Source of the DNA: an uncultured Caulobacteraceae bacterium
GTDB lineage: Bacteria; Pseudomonadota; Alphaproteobacteria; Caulobacterales; Caulobacteraceae
NCBI GenBank assembly: GCA_964451265.1
Contig: CAYVHP010000077.1
Span: 3,237-67,236, forward strand
Length of the DNA: 64,000 nt
Direction of reading: 5' to 3'
Part shown: positions 9,372 to 20,055 of the stretch, piece by piece
How positions within the stretch are numbered: the first letter of the stretch is position 1
Layout: each line of letters starts with the position of its first letter
Program-made: the position numbers and the translations under genes
Notes under the pieces: generated by a model
Told to the model about the DNA's origin: nothing
Databases searched by the model: none
The model's input: only the letters and a program-made list of their open reading frames with translations

Positions 9372-9833
9372 ATGGGTTGGCGACGTCGAATTGAACCCTG
9401 GGCTCGGCCCTTCATTCGGACGGGGTTTCGATGGCGACGGGGTATGACCCTGGGCGTGCGCGGCTTGATCCTGGATGCCGACGGACGGGTGCTGCTGGTG
9501 GAGCACACCTACGTTCATGGTTGGCATTTGCCGGGCGGCGGCGTTGAGCGGCGGGAAAGCGCCGAGCAGGCGCTGGTGCGCGAATTGGGCGAGGAGGCCG
9601 GCGTCAAGCCTATCGGACCCGTCCGGCTGGTCCAGATTGACAACGACGAAGCCCGTTTTCGCGGCGACCACGTTTTGCTTTACCGGGTTGACCAATGGAC
9701 GCCATGTCCGGCGGGCGGCGCCGGGGAAATTCTGCGCATAGGTTGGTTCTCGCCCGACGACCTGCCAACGAGTGTTACCGGCGACACGCGCAGGCGTATC
9801 TGCGCAGGTCTCGCCTTGCCTTCGGCTAGTTGA
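9372..9833 (+). CDS. NUDIX hydrolase
   Basis: ATG at 9372. Nudix box GGGVERRESAEQALVRELGEEAG. Confidence 0.8.
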   Translation: MGWRRRIEPWARPFIRTGFRWRRGMTLGVRGLILDADGRVLLVEHTYVHGWHLPGGGVERRESAEQALVRELGEEAGVKPIGPVRLVQIDNDEARFRGDHVLLYRVDQWTPCPAGGAGEILRIGWFSPDDLPTSVTGDTRRRICAGLALPSAS

Positions 9834-11745
9834 CAGCCGCCATGCGACGCGGCTTGGGCGGGGGGGCGTCCATATGGGCCACCGGCAGATAGACGTGCAC
9901 GCGCGAGCCTTGCCCCGGGTGAGACTCGATGCGCACGCCGCCGCCCAGCTGTTGAACCACGCCCAACACCTGAGGCAGGCCCAGGCCGGATCCTCGCCCG
10001 GGGGGCTTTGTGGTGAAGAACGGTTCGAAGGCGCGCTCCAAGACATCGTGCGCCATCCCGACGCCGTTGTCCGAAACCGTGATTCTGACGAAATCGCCGA
10101 CCGGCGGATGCTCCGGCATGTCTGACGGCGCAGCGACGTGTTCGCTGCCGCTGATCACTTCGACGACCCCGCCGTCCGGCATGGCGTCCCGCGCATTGAT
10201 GACCAAGTTCAGCAGCACCATTTCAAGCTGGGTTCGGTCAGCCATCGCCAAGAGCGAGCAGGGATCCAGCAAGGTCTCCAGGCGACGGTCTCGCCCGAGG
10301 CTGGACGCCAACAGTTCGCCCATGCCCCTGATCAGTTCGTTGACGTCGACGGGCTCAGGCGTGAGCGATTGCTTGCGGGCGAAGGCGAGCAGTTGAGCCG
10401 TCAGCTTGGCCCCCCGGTCGGCCGCCGATCTGGCGTTGTGCACGAACTGAAGCTGTCTTTCATCGGTGACCTTACGGCGCAGAAGCTCCAGGTTGCCGAT
10501 GACCGCCGTGAGCAGGTTGTTGAAGTCATGCGCCACGCCCCCGGTTAGCCGCCCGATGACCTCAATCTTCTGCGACTGAACGAGTTGGGCTGACGCTTCG
10601 CGCACCCGCACCTCGAGATTCTGGTTGATCTTTTCCAGCTCCAGCTCGCGGGCCTGCAGCCGCTCGGCGGCCGCTCCGAGCGCCGAACCGATGAAATCAG
10701 TCTCTCTCAGTCCCGTGGGCGGCGGATAGCCCACCTCGCCGCGCCCGATGCTGTCAGCGTAGTGTTCCAACTGCGACACCGCGCGCGCGACGCTGCGCAT
10801 GAACCATAGGGTCAGACCGCCGCCCAGCAGGACCAGCCCGGCGCCGACAATGGACAGCCACTGCAGCGAACGCACCAGGTCTACATTCGCCAGGTAGCGC
10901 GGCACGGTCATGACCACGGTCCAGCCGGTGACCGGCGATCGGTTGTAGGCCGTGAAACTCCAATACCCCAGGCGGTTAAGCTGCTCGTACACCCCTGACG
11001 ATGAGGTCTTCAGGTGGGCGATGAGATTGTTCGACACCTGCTGGCCAACCGCTTTTACGAAGGCGCTGTTCTCGGCGATCACCATGCCCGTCGGGCTAAT
11101 GATCCCGCTATGCCACGCCTTGGGCAGATCTTGGCGCGTGAAAAGGGATTGCAGACTGGAAGAAGGCGTCGCCAGGACGAGGTGATAGTTGGCCACGCCC
11201 TTCACTTTGACCAAATGGTCCAGGTGAAAGATGAAGTGGCCGTTGCCTGTATAGACCCCGTTCAAAGCCTCGCCCTTTTTGGCCAGATTGGGCCAGTGGC
11301 CTACGACGCTGTCGCGGACGGCCTTGTCGGACGGAATTTGGTTCGGCCTCGCATTGTCGATGAGGACCTTTCCCTGGGGGTCAAGCAGAATAACCCAGGA
11401 CCCCAATCCCGTCGGGCTGATATTGGCTTGACCCTCGAAACTTTTCAGGTCGCCCGTCGCCAGCGACGGCGCGGCCGCCAGGGTGCGCATGACGGCGCGG
11501 CGCTCCAGGTAGGCTCCGTCGGCGGCCAAGGATAGCGCCCGGGCGGTCTCGCCCAGCTGTTCCTCAACGGTCGCTTTCTGCCGCTGAGCGGACTCGTCCA
11601 GCAAGCCCACCGCCATCAAGGAAGCCGTCGCCACAATCATGGTGGTGACCAGGATCAGCCGTCCCCTGAGTGAGGCCAGAGGGTTGGTTGAGGCCGCAGA
11701 AGCCCGAGCGGCGTTAATGGCTCCGGCGATGGGGGATGACATCAT
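9826..11745 (-). CDS. sensor histidine kinase with periplasmic Cache-like domain
   Basis: 639 aa. Two TM segments flank a roughly 250-aa extracytoplasmic domain, followed by a coiled coil. H-box [15 protein letters not shown] box [10 protein letters not shown] boxes DNGVGM and GSGLGL. No receiver domain and no adjacent response regulator. Confidence 0.85.
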   Translation of the reverse strand: MMSSPIAGAINAARASAASTNPLASLRGRLILVTTMIVATASLMAVGLLDESAQRQKATVEEQLGETARALSLAADGAYLERRAVMRTLAAAPSLATGDLKSFEGQANISPTGLGSWVILLDPQGKVLIDNARPNQIPSDKAVRDSVVGHWPNLAKKGEALNGVYTGNGHFIFHLDHLVKVKGVANYHLVLATPSSSLQSLFTRQDLPKAWHSGIISPTGMVIAENSAFVKAVGQQVSNNLIAHLKTSSSGVYEQLNRLGYWSFTAYNRSPVTGWTVVMTVPRYLANVDLVRSLQWLSIVGAGLVLLGGGLTLWFMRSVARAVSQLEHYADSIGRGEVGYPPPTGLRETDFIGSALGAAAERLQARELELEKINQNLEVRVREASAQLVQSQKIEVIGRLTGGVAHDFNNLLTAVIGNLELLRRKVTDERQLQFVHNARSAADRGAKLTAQLLAFARKQSLTPEPVDVNELIRGMGELLASSLGRDRRLETLLDPCSLLAMADRTQLEMVLLNLVINARDAMPDGGVVEVISGSEHVAAPSDMPEHPPVGDFVRITVSDNGVGMAHDVLERAFEPFFTTKPPGRGSGLGLPQVLGVVQQLGGGVRIESHPGQGSRVHVYLPVAHMDAPPPKPRRMAAVN

Positions 11746-11784
11746 GGCCTCCTCACCCCATGGAACGCCGTGGGCTGCGGCCGG

Positions 11785-12981
11785 TCAAGTCCCGTCCCCT
11801 TGCGCGGGATCGGGCCGCAGGGTTCCGGCCCAAGCCAGCACGGACATCCCCAGCGCCCCAGACAGCAGCGACGCCAAAACCACGCCTATGCGTACGTCTG
11901 CCTGGCCGGCCGCATCGTCCTGTGCAAACGCCAAACTGCCGATGAATAGGCTCATGGTGAAGCCGACGCCGCATAACAGCGACACGCCGTAGATCTCCAG
12001 CCAAGTGGCGCCTGTCGGTTTACGCCCGAACTTGAGGGTGGTGGCAAGTAGGGCGGCGCCGAACACGCCGATCTGCTTGCCCAGGAACAAGCCGGCAAAA
12101 ATGCCCAATAGGGCCGGCCGTTCAAGCACGGACAGGGAAAGGCCTTTGAATGAAAATCCCACGGAAACGAAGGCAAATAGGGGCAGCACAAAATAGGCCA
12201 CATAGGGATGCAGGCTCTGCATGGTCTGCTGCAGCATTCCGTCCTTAGCTCGTTTGTGGGGCCCGATCGGCACGGTCATGGCCGCCAGCACGGCTGTGAG
12301 CGAGGTCGCCGCGCCCGAGCGAATGCTGAATAGCCAGACCAGGGCGATGCCGATTCCATAGGCCAGGAAGGGGGCGGAGCGCCAACGGCCGATGCCGGCC
12401 AGGGCAGCCAGGGTCAAGCCGACCCCCGCCAGGGGCCAGACTTGCAGATTATGGCTGAATAGAATTCCGATCAGGCCGACAGCGCCCATGTCGTCCACCA
12501 CCGCCAAGGTCAGGAGAAACACCCGTAGCGAACTCGGCAGCCGGCGGGAGGAGGCGGCCAAGGCCGCCATGGCGAAGGCGATGTCCGTGGCGGTGGGCGT
12601 TGCCCAGGCTCCGGGAATATGCGGATGGCCTGCATTGATCGCCAGATAGATCAGCGCGGGGACGATCATGCCGGCAATGGCTGCAATGATAGGCACCGCT
12701 AGACGGCGGGGATTGGCCAGTTCACCCTTCAAAACCTCGTATTTGAGCTCCAGGCCCACCACGAGGAAGAATACCGCCATCAGGCCTTCCTTGACCCAGT
12801 CAAGCACCGAGGCGGTCTGTCGTAGGGGGCCGAACTGGATGGTGAAGGGGGCGTGGATGAAGCCGAAATAGGCCCAGGCTAGGCTGGAATTTGCCGCGAC
12901 AATGCCGGCGAGCGCCGCCAAACCCAGGACAAGGCCCGAGCCCGCTTCAGTCTGCAGGAACTCCAAGGTCGGACGGCGCAT
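11785..12981 (-). CDS. nhaA: Na+/H+ antiporter NhaA
   Basis: ATG at 12981 (MRRPTLEFLQTEAGSGLVL...). NhaA pattern across the whole length, including the AVVDDMGAV motif. Confidence 0.9.
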   Translation of the reverse strand: MRRPTLEFLQTEAGSGLVLGLAALAGIVAANSSLAWAYFGFIHAPFTIQFGPLRQTASVLDWVKEGLMAVFFLVVGLELKYEVLKGELANPRRLAVPIIAAIAGMIVPALIYLAINAGHPHIPGAWATPTATDIAFAMAALAASSRRLPSSLRVFLLTLAVVDDMGAVGLIGILFSHNLQVWPLAGVGLTLAALAGIGRWRSAPFLAYGIGIALVWLFSIRSGAATSLTAVLAAMTVPIGPHKRAKDGMLQQTMQSLHPYVAYFVLPLFAFVSVGFSFKGLSLSVLERPALLGIFAGLFLGKQIGVFGAALLATTLKFGRKPTGATWLEIYGVSLLCGVGFTMSLFIGSLAFAQDDAAGQADVRIGVVLASLLSGALGMSVLAWAGTLRPDPAQGDGT

Positions 12982-13068
12982 GCGTGTTTTTCGACAGTAA
13001 ACTTCAGCGTTCCTATGCCCTAACATGGCTTATGCGCGCCGGTCACGGTCGCCGCCGCCAGGAGTACG

Positions 13069-14505
13069 ATGCCGACATCCTTTCGATATAGACCGGACCC
13101 ACAGTTCCAAGCCTTGGGCCCCGAATTCGCCGACCCGGTGGAGCCGGCGCGCTTTCCGGCCGAAATCCTTCGTTTTCGCAATCAGAGGGCCGCGGCCGCC
13201 GTCGGTCTGGAGGAATTGACCTCTGAGGAATGGGCCGCAGCCTTCGCTCGCTTTGAGCCCTTGCCCGATAACCAGTCGCAGCCTTTGGCCATGCGCTATC
13301 ACGGCCATCAATTTCGCACCTATAACCCACAGCTGGGCGATGGCCGGGGGTTCCTATTCGCCCAGTTGCGTGAAGCCAACAGTGATCGACTACTGGATCT
13401 GGGGACCAAGGGCTCGGGCCGCACGCCCTATTCGCGGTTCGGCGATGGACGCCTGACCCTCAAAGGCGGCGTGCGTGAGGTGCTGGCCACCGAAATGCTC
13501 GAAGCGCTAGGCGTGCCGACCTCCCGCAGTTTTGCCTTGTACGAAACCGGCGAGGCTTTAGAGCGGTCCGATGAGCCCAGTCCGACCCGCTCTTCGGTGC
13601 TCACCCGGCTGTCGCATAGCCACATCCGCTTTGGGACCTTCCAACGTCACGCCCATGCCCAACGCCCGGACCTGCTGCTCCGCCTGATCGATCACGTGGT
13701 CCAGAATTATTACCCCGCTCTGACGCCCCTGGAGGGCGAGGACCGCACCGTTGCCCTATTCGGCGCGGTGGCTGAGCGCGCTGCGGAGCTCACAGCCCGG
13801 TGGATGGCGGCCGGGTTCGTTCACGGGGTGCTCAACACGGACAATATGAACATCACCGGGGAAAGCTTCGACTACGGTCCCTACCGTTTTCTACCCTATA
13901 GCGATCCGAATTTTACGGCGGCCTATTTCGACCAGACCGGCCTTTACAGTTTCGGTCGGCAGCCCGAGGCGGTGTTTTGGAACCTGCAGCAACTGGCCTT
14001 GGCCCTGATCCAGTCCGGTTGCGAGCCGGAGCCCCTGGCCGAAACACTGCAAGGATTCGGAGCGGCCTATCGCCGAGCCCTGGCCGCAGCTGTCGTGGCG
14101 CGCCTGGGATTGAAGCCCCGGGACCCTGCTCAGGACGAAGCGTTATCGGCGGCCGCGTTCAAAACCCTGAGCGAAGGCGGTGAAGCCCTGCGATGGGAGC
14201 CGTTCTTCTTTGACTGGTTCGGCGGCCTAGGGTCTGAACGACGCGCTCTTGGGGGGCGGCGGGCCGGCCTCTACCAGGGGCAGGCCGCCAGGGCGTTCCG
14301 AGAGGCCTTGGCCGATTACGAGCCGCAAACGCCGGGGCGGCTGACCCATCCCTATTTCGCGCGGCCCGAGCCGGAAGAACTGCTCTACGATGAGATCGAG
14401 GCCATTTGGGCGCCGATTATGGCCCAGGACGACTGGGGTCCGTTCCAGGCCAAGCTGGCGCGGATCGACGAGGCCAGGTCCGGCTGGGGGCTGGCGTCGG
14501 TTTAG
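13069..14505 (+). CDS. selO: protein adenylyltransferase SelO (YdiU family)
   Basis: AGGAG lies upstream of the ATG at 13069. Contains YHGHQF, LGDGRG, KGSGRTPYSR, DGR and GVLNTDNM motifs of SelO pseudokinases. Confidence 0.9.
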   Translation: MPTSFRYRPDPQFQALGPEFADPVEPARFPAEILRFRNQRAAAAVGLEELTSEEWAAAFARFEPLPDNQSQPLAMRYHGHQFRTYNPQLGDGRGFLFAQLREANSDRLLDLGTKGSGRTPYSRFGDGRLTLKGGVREVLATEMLEALGVPTSRSFALYETGEALERSDEPSPTRSSVLTRLSHSHIRFGTFQRHAHAQRPDLLLRLIDHVVQNYYPALTPLEGEDRTVALFGAVAERAAELTARWMAAGFVHGVLNTDNMNITGESFDYGPYRFLPYSDPNFTAAYFDQTGLYSFGRQPEAVFWNLQQLALALIQSGCEPEPLAETLQGFGAAYRRALAAAVVARLGLKPRDPAQDEALSAAAFKTLSEGGEALRWEPFFFDWFGGLGSERRALGGRRAGLYQGQAARAFREALADYEPQTPGRLTHPYFARPEPEELLYDEIEAIWAPIMAQDDWGPFQAKLARIDEARSGWGLASV

Positions 14506-14573
14506 CCCTCGATACAGGGGGTGAGAACCCAGTATTGTGTGCAGCGCAACATAAGGCTGCGTCCTGGGCGCCT

Positions 14574-15191
14574 CTAGCCCGGTCTATAGGCTTTCATGAA
14601 CAGGGCCACCGCAGCGTCGACGTTGGCGTCCATCTCCGCTTCGGTGGGGCGAGGCTCAATATTCCAAAGTCGGCGGCGATAAAGATCGGACAACGTCAGG
14701 TCGAAAATCTGGTCGGCAGCCCGGTCAGGGTTTGGCATCTGCAGTTGGCCCTCCGCCTGGGCCTTTGCCAACAGGGACAGCACCAAGGCCTTGCCGCGGC
14801 AGGGACCGGCCTGGAAATGCGCTTGTCCGACTTCCGGAAACCGTCCCGATTCAGCGACCACCATCCGGTGAAAGGCAATGACGTCGTCGGACAAAATGAG
14901 GCGAAGGAAGGCGCGGCCTAAAGTGGTCAGCACCCCGTCGATGTCGCCCTGATCGGTCACGAGGCCTAACAAGGCCGCTTGATTGCGTTCGCAATCTGCA
15001 TGGACGACGGCGCCGAACAACTCTGACTTGGACCGAAAATAGTTATATAGAGTTCCTTTGGATCCACCGACTCGCGCGGCGATCAACGACATGGAGGCGG
15101 CGGCGTAGCCTTCTTCCATGAACACCTCGCGCGCGATGCCCAGGATGGCTTCACGTCGGTTGTCCCGGCAGGGTTTGGAAACAGCGTTCAT
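14574..15191 (-). CDS. TetR/AcrR family transcriptional regulator
   Basis: ATG at 15191. HTH YAAASMSLIAARVGGSKGTLYNYFRSK. Divergent from the efflux operon. Confidence 0.85.
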   Translation of the reverse strand: MNAVSKPCRDNRREAILGIAREVFMEEGYAAASMSLIAARVGGSKGTLYNYFRSKSELFGAVVHADCERNQAALLGLVTDQGDIDGVLTTLGRAFLRLILSDDVIAFHRMVVAESGRFPEVGQAHFQAGPCRGKALVLSLLAKAQAEGQLQMPNPDRAADQIFDLTLSDLYRRRLWNIEPRPTEAEMDANVDAAVALFMKAYRPG

Positions 15192-15264
15192 GCCTTCATT
15201 TCGCCTTGCGAGCGTGGGTTGCGCCTTGACATGGATCACGCCGCGGCGCACACAAATCTCGGCC

Positions 15265-15283
15265 TGACCGTACGGTACGGTCA
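15265..15283. promoter_or_regulatory. perfect 19-bp palindrome, candidate TetR operator
   Basis: TGACCGTAC-G-GTACGGTCA read directly from the sequence. It lies 26 nt upstream of the efflux OMF start, and a CATAAT -10-like hexamer is at 15288-15293. Confidence 0.5.
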
Positions 15284-15308
15284 ATAGCATAATTTGACTA
15301 GGCTCGTC

Positions 15309-16784
15309 ATGTCTTTCCGATCCGTTTCCCGGCGTCTGCCCGCGACGGCGCTCTGCGCGGCCCTGGTCCTTGGGGTGGCGGGGCTGGACGCATGCGCTCC
15401 GGATTTAGGGCCGGCCCCGAAGATCCGGTCCGCCGAGGACTATGCAGCGGCCAAGACCTTTTCTAGGGCGGTCACGGAATGGCCCGCCGAGGATTGGTGG
15501 GCAGCGTACAATGATCCTCAGTTGAGCAGCCTGATCGAGCGCGCTCTGAAAGGCTCGCCTGACCTGAAAATGGTCCAGGCCCGGCTGGATCAGGCCCAGG
15601 CCCAGGCCCAACAGGCAGGGGCGGGACTGCTGCCCAGTCTTTCCGCCAAGGGTTCGATTGAGGAAACCGGGGTCAAACTGAATTTTCCAGGCACGCCGGC
15701 CCAGTTTCATCAATTCTTGCCCTCCAGCGCTCAGCCGTTCACTCAGTTAAGCGCTAACCTTTCGTATCAGTTGGACTTTTTCGGCCGTAACCGCGCCGCC
15801 GTCTCCGCAGCAAGTTCCTCCGCGCGGGCGGCCCAGTTCGAGCTGGCCGCAGCGCGGCTGCAATTGTCGACGGCGGTAGCCACCGCCTACGCCAACCTTA
15901 TCCTGGCTGAAGCCAATAAAGCGGCCGCGCAAGACGCTGCGCGCCTGCGCAACAATAGCAGCGCGCTGGTCGCTGATCGGCTCAAAAACGGTTTGGAGAC
16001 GCGGGCGGAGTATAGTCAGTCGAGCGCTGCTGACCAAGCCAGTCAGGTGGATCTGATCGCCACCACCGGCGCCGTTCTGGAAGCCCGATACGCTCTGGCG
16101 GCGTTGTTGGGTGAAGGGCCCGATGCGGTGCTCGACCTCCAGCCTGCGGCCGGGTTGAAGACCACGCCGGTCGGCTTGCCCGCCAATCTGGCGGCCAATC
16201 TGATCGGCCGACGCCCCGATGTCGCTGCGGCGCGCCTACGCGTTGAAGCTGCGGCCCAGCGCGAAAAGGTTGCGCGCGCCGACTTCTATCCCAACGTCAA
16301 TCTGGTGGGTTCGGCGATGGTGCTGTCCATGACGCCCAAGGACATTTTCACTCATAACCTGGAGCTGCTCCAAGCCGGCCCTGCGGTCAGCTTGCCGATC
16401 TTCGAGGGCGGGCGGCTGACGGGTGCGGCGCGCAACGCGCGCGGCGAATACGAGGCCGCGGTCGCCAACTATGACAAGACCCTCATCCAGGCGCTGCACG
16501 AGGTCGCTGACGCGATCACTGTGCGGCAAGGCGCTCAGGAAAGCATCGATCACGCCGAGCGGGCGATGGCCGCTAGTGAAGACGCCTATAAGCTGGTCAA
16601 TCTACGCTACAAGGCCGGGCTGACGCCTTATCTGGCCGTGATCAGCGTTGAAAGCGCCCGGGTCGCCAGTCGGCGTCAATTGGACGGTCTGCGCGCCCAG
16701 GCCTTGGGCGCAGACGTCGCTCTGATCCGTGCACTCGGCGGCGGTTTTGACGCCCCGTCCGCTGCTCCCAAATCAAACCCGTAA
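15309..16784 (+). CDS. efflux transporter outer membrane factor lipoprotein (NodT family)
   Basis: ATG at 15309. Lipobox GLDAC. OMF repeats run through the whole length. Confidence 0.85.
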   Translation: MSFRSVSRRLPATALCAALVLGVAGLDACAPDLGPAPKIRSAEDYAAAKTFSRAVTEWPAEDWWAAYNDPQLSSLIERALKGSPDLKMVQARLDQAQAQAQQAGAGLLPSLSAKGSIEETGVKLNFPGTPAQFHQFLPSSAQPFTQLSANLSYQLDFFGRNRAAVSAASSSARAAQFELAAARLQLSTAVATAYANLILAEANKAAAQDAARLRNNSSALVADRLKNGLETRAEYSQSSAADQASQVDLIATTGAVLEARYALAALLGEGPDAVLDLQPAAGLKTTPVGLPANLAANLIGRRPDVAAARLRVEAAAQREKVARADFYPNVNLVGSAMVLSMTPKDIFTHNLELLQAGPAVSLPIFEGGRLTGAARNARGEYEAAVANYDKTLIQALHEVADAITVRQGAQESIDHAERAMAASEDAYKLVNLRYKAGLTPYLAVISVESARVASRRQLDGLRAQALGADVALIRALGGGFDAPSAAPKSNP

Positions 16785-16794
16785 GGACACCGCC

Positions 16795-17958
16795 ATGGCT
16801 GATGATCAAGCCGGTCCCTCTCCCGCGCACGCCCAGGTCAACGCTGGGCGGATGGAGCAGCGCAAGCGGCTGTTTACCATGGTGGGCGCTGCGTGCGCGG
16901 CGGGTTTGGTGATCCTGGCCCTGTGGTGGCTGCTCGTCGCGTCGCATTACATTGAGACTGACGACGCCTATGTCGGGGCGGAAGTGGCTCAGGTCACGCC
17001 CTTGGTGGGCGGGGCCGTGCAGGCGGTCCACGTGTCCGAGACCCAGACGGTCAAGGCCGGAGACGTGCTGGTGGAGCTTGATCGCGCCGAGGCGACCTTG
17101 GCCTATCAAAAAGCCCAGGCGGACTACGAGGCGATGGTTCGCAAAACCCACGCCGACGCAGCCACGGCAGGGGCCCTGTCGGCGCAGGTGGCCGCGCGCA
17201 CGGCCGATATGACGCGCGCCCAGGCCCAGGTGGAGGCGAGCACCGCCGACGTCGCTAAAGCTAAGCTCGACTATGACCGGAGAAACGGATTGGCGAACAC
17301 GGGCGCAGTGTCCGCCGAGGAGCTGACCGCGGCCAAAACGAACTACGAAAACGCCAAGTCCGGCCTGGCGGGCGCCCAAGCCGCCGCCGCCCAGACCCTG
17401 GCGGCCCGGCAGGCGGCCAAGGCCCAGCTAGAGGCCCAGCAGGCGATGGTTGAAGGGTCGGTGGAGGCCAATCCTCAGGTGGCGGCCGCGCGGGCGGCCC
17501 GTGACGCCGCCAAACTCGACTTGGACCGCACGGCGATACGCGCGCCGGTGGACGGGGTGGTGTCGAAGAAGCAGGTTGAGCTGGGCCAGCGCGTGGCTGT
17601 GGGCGCTCCGCTCATGAGCATCGTGCCAGTCAGCAAGGTGTTTGTGGACGCCAACTTCAAGGAAGTACAGTTGCGCAAGGTGCGTCCCGGTCAACCGGTC
17701 ACGCTCAAGTCCGACCTGTACGGCGGCGGCGTCACCTATCACGGCGAAGTGGTCGGCGTGGCCGGTGGAACCGGCTCGGCCTTCTCCCTGATCCCGGCCC
17801 AGAACGCGACCGGCAACTGGATCAAGGTGGTGCAGCGCCTGCCCGTGCGCATACGCTTGGAACCCGACGAACTGGCCCAGCACCCACTGCGCCTGGGCCT
17901 GTCGATGAAGGTCAAGATCGACGTGTCTAAGTCGGGGCAACCGGCTTCCGGAGGCTGA
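16795..17958 (+). CDS. HlyD/EmrA-type periplasmic adaptor
   Basis: ATG at 16795. Single TM, then YIETDDAYVGAEVAQVTP, a long Ala/Gln coiled coil and a C-terminal beta-barrel region. Confidence 0.85.
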   Translation: MADDQAGPSPAHAQVNAGRMEQRKRLFTMVGAACAAGLVILALWWLLVASHYIETDDAYVGAEVAQVTPLVGGAVQAVHVSETQTVKAGDVLVELDRAEATLAYQKAQADYEAMVRKTHADAATAGALSAQVAARTADMTRAQAQVEASTADVAKAKLDYDRRNGLANTGAVSAEELTAAKTNYENAKSGLAGAQAAAAQTLAARQAAKAQLEAQQAMVEGSVEANPQVAAARAARDAAKLDLDRTAIRAPVDGVVSKKQVELGQRVAVGAPLMSIVPVSKVFVDANFKEVQLRKVRPGQPVTLKSDLYGGGVTYHGEVVGVAGGTGSAFSLIPAQNATGNWIKVVQRLPVRIRLEPDELAQHPLRLGLSMKVKIDVSKSGQPASGG

Positions 17959-17959
17959 T

Positions 17960-19507
17960 ATGGCCGACGCACCGATGGCCGCATCATCTGAGGCCGACGT
18001 CCAACTGAGAGGCATCGCCCTGGTCATGGCGGTGGCCACCTTGGCGCTGGCCAATTTCATGGCGGTGCTGGACATGACCATCGCCAACGTCTCGGTGCCC
18101 AATATCGCCGGCGGACTGGCGGTCTCGCCTCAGGAAGGCACATGGGTCATCACGTCCTATGCGGTGGCCGAGGCCATTACCGTGCCCTTGACGGGCTGGT
18201 TGGCTAGCCGTTTCGGCGCGGTCCGGGTGTTCATCGTCGCCATGGGCGCCTTCGGCTTCTTCTCCATGATGTGCGGCCTATCGCCGTCCTTAGGCGCCCT
18301 GGTGTTTTTCAGGGTGATGCAGGGCCTTTCGGGCGGACCGCTGTTGCCTATGTCCCAGACCTTGCTCCAGCGGTTTTCTCCGCCGCATTTGCGTGGCCAG
18401 ACTATGGGCATTTGGGCCATGACGACGGTGGTGGCTCCCATCGCCGGGCCGGTCCTGGGCGGCACGATTTCCGACAATCTCGGCTGGTCATGGGTGTTTT
18501 TCATCAATGTGCCGGTGTCGATCCTGCTGGTTCTGCTGGCCATGCGGACCTTGCCGCGTAAGGAAGTCACCCAACGGACGCCGGTGGATTTCGTGGGTCT
18601 CTGTCTGCTGATCTTATGGGTCGGCGCTCTGCAGATCATGCTCGACAAGGGCAAGGAGTTGGACTGGTTCTCCTCGGGCTTCATCGTCGGCTTGCTCGCC
18701 GTTGCCGTGATCGGGTTCATTTCATTCGTCATCTGGGAATTGACCGCAGAGCACCCGGTCGTGGATCTGCGAATCTTCCGCTATCGCGGTTTCAGCGCCG
18801 CCTGTTTCGCCATGACGCTCGGCTTTGCCGGTATGTACGCTTCCCTGGTTCTGATCCCGCTCTGGCTGCAGCTAAACATGGGCTATACGGCCACTTGGGC
18901 CGGTTATCTCACCGGGTTCAACGGGGTGCTTGCCGTGGTGTTCGCCCCGATCGTGGCGGCCCTGGTGACCAAGATAGACCCCCGCCGCCTGGTCACGTTC
19001 GGCATTCTTTGGCTGGCCGCCGACATGTTCTGGCGAACCACCTTCACCCCGGGGATGGCTTTTGGCCAGTTGGTCGGACCCCAATTGGCCCAAGGATTGG
19101 CCATGCCATTTTTCTTCATCCCCCTGATGTCGGTGGCCATGGCCGAACTGAACGTGAGCGAGATCGCTTCGGGCGCCGGGCTGCTCAACTTCGTACGGAC
19201 CACGGCGGGGGCGTTCGCAACATCCATCACCACCACGGCCTGGGATGACCGGGCCACCACGGTGAGAACCACCTTGGTTGAGCGCATGAACGGCGCCGAC
19301 GGCTTCATCCATCAGGTGATGCAATCGGGCGTGGGACAGGGGCAGGCGGCCGCGCTGTTGGAAAATATGGTTCAGGGCCAAGCGATCATGATTTCAACCA
19401 ACCACGTGTTCATGGTGGTGGCCGCGTTGATGGTGATCTCGGCTAGCGCGATCTGGCTTGCGCCCAAGCCCAAGATGGGCGCCGGGCCGCCCCCGGGCGC
19501 GCATTAG
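17960..19507 (+). CDS. DHA2 (EmrB/QacA) family MFS efflux permease
   Basis: 515 aa with a 14-TMS pattern. Contains LDMTIANVSVPNIAGGL and WLASRFG motifs. The start is 2 nt after the adaptor stop. Confidence 0.9.
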   Translation: MADAPMAASSEADVQLRGIALVMAVATLALANFMAVLDMTIANVSVPNIAGGLAVSPQEGTWVITSYAVAEAITVPLTGWLASRFGAVRVFIVAMGAFGFFSMMCGLSPSLGALVFFRVMQGLSGGPLLPMSQTLLQRFSPPHLRGQTMGIWAMTTVVAPIAGPVLGGTISDNLGWSWVFFINVPVSILLVLLAMRTLPRKEVTQRTPVDFVGLCLLILWVGALQIMLDKGKELDWFSSGFIVGLLAVAVIGFISFVIWELTAEHPVVDLRIFRYRGFSAACFAMTLGFAGMYASLVLIPLWLQLNMGYTATWAGYLTGFNGVLAVVFAPIVAALVTKIDPRRLVTFGILWLAADMFWRTTFTPGMAFGQLVGPQLAQGLAMPFFFIPLMSVAMAELNVSEIASGAGLLNFVRTTAGAFATSITTTAWDDRATTVRTTLVERMNGADGFIHQVMQSGVGQGQAAALLENMVQGQAIMISTNHVFMVVAALMVISASAIWLAPKPKMGAGPPPGAH

Positions 19508-19513
19508 GCAAAG

Positions 19514-19541
19514 AAAAAGGGGCGGCGCTGCGCGCCGCCCC
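19514..19541 (-). terminator. intrinsic terminator downstream of hsp20
   Basis: A 10-bp GC stem, GGGGCGGCGC (19519-19528) paired with GCGCCGCCCC (19532-19541). It is followed on the minus strand by TTTTT (plus-strand A5 at 19514-19518). It sits in the convergent gap with the MFS gene. Confidence 0.6.
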
Positions 19542-19564
19542 CGCCTCGGTTGACCCCGCGTGAT

Positions 19565-20020
19565 TTAGGCGGCCTTGCCTTGAATCAGCGCGGTGTTGTC
19601 GCCGGACTTGATCTGAATCGTACGCGGCTTCAGCGCTTCGGGAATTTCGCGCTTGAGGGATACGGAGAGCAAGCCGTCTGCGAGTTTGGCCTCGGTCACT
19701 TCCACGTGGTCGGCCAGTTGGAAACGGCGCTCGAAATTACGCTCGGCCAAGCCCCGATGCAGGTAGTGTTTGCTGTCGTCCGAAGCGGCTTTGCGGCCCT
19801 GTACGGTCAGCAGGTTCTCGCGCACTTCCAGGCTGAGTTCATCGGGCCGAAAGCCGGCGACCGCGATCTCGATGCGGTAGGCGTTTTCGCCGGTCGCCTC
19901 GATATTATAGGGCGGGTAGCCCGACGCGCTGTCGGCGCCGGCGGCCGTTTCGAGCAGGGCCGCAAGCCGGTCGAAGCCGACGGCGGAACGATACAGAGGG
20001 GAAAAATCGATGGTTCGCAT
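19565..20020 (-). CDS. Hsp20/alpha-crystallin small heat shock protein
   Basis: 151 aa. IbpA-like pattern: PPYNIE, YRIEIAVAGF, LTVQG, LHRGLAERNFERRFQLAD. Confidence 0.9.
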   Translation of the reverse strand: MRTIDFSPLYRSAVGFDRLAALLETAAGADSASGYPPYNIEATGENAYRIEIAVAGFRPDELSLEVRENLLTVQGRKAASDDSKHYLHRGLAERNFERRFQLADHVEVTEAKLADGLLSVSLKREIPEALKPRTIQIKSGDNTALIQGKAA

Positions 20021-20055
20021 GACAACATCCTTCTGTGCGTAAGCAAGGTTGCGTG
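20021..20055 (-). promoter_or_regulatory. candidate ROSE-like RNA thermometer hairpin masking the hsp20 SD/AUG
   Basis: The minus-strand RNA reads ...CAACCUUGCUUACGCACAGAAGGAUGUUGUC-AUG. CAAC pairs with GUUG next to the AUG, and CUU pairs with the AAGG of the SD, leaving an unpaired G. The UUGCU motif is present. Confidence 0.35.
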
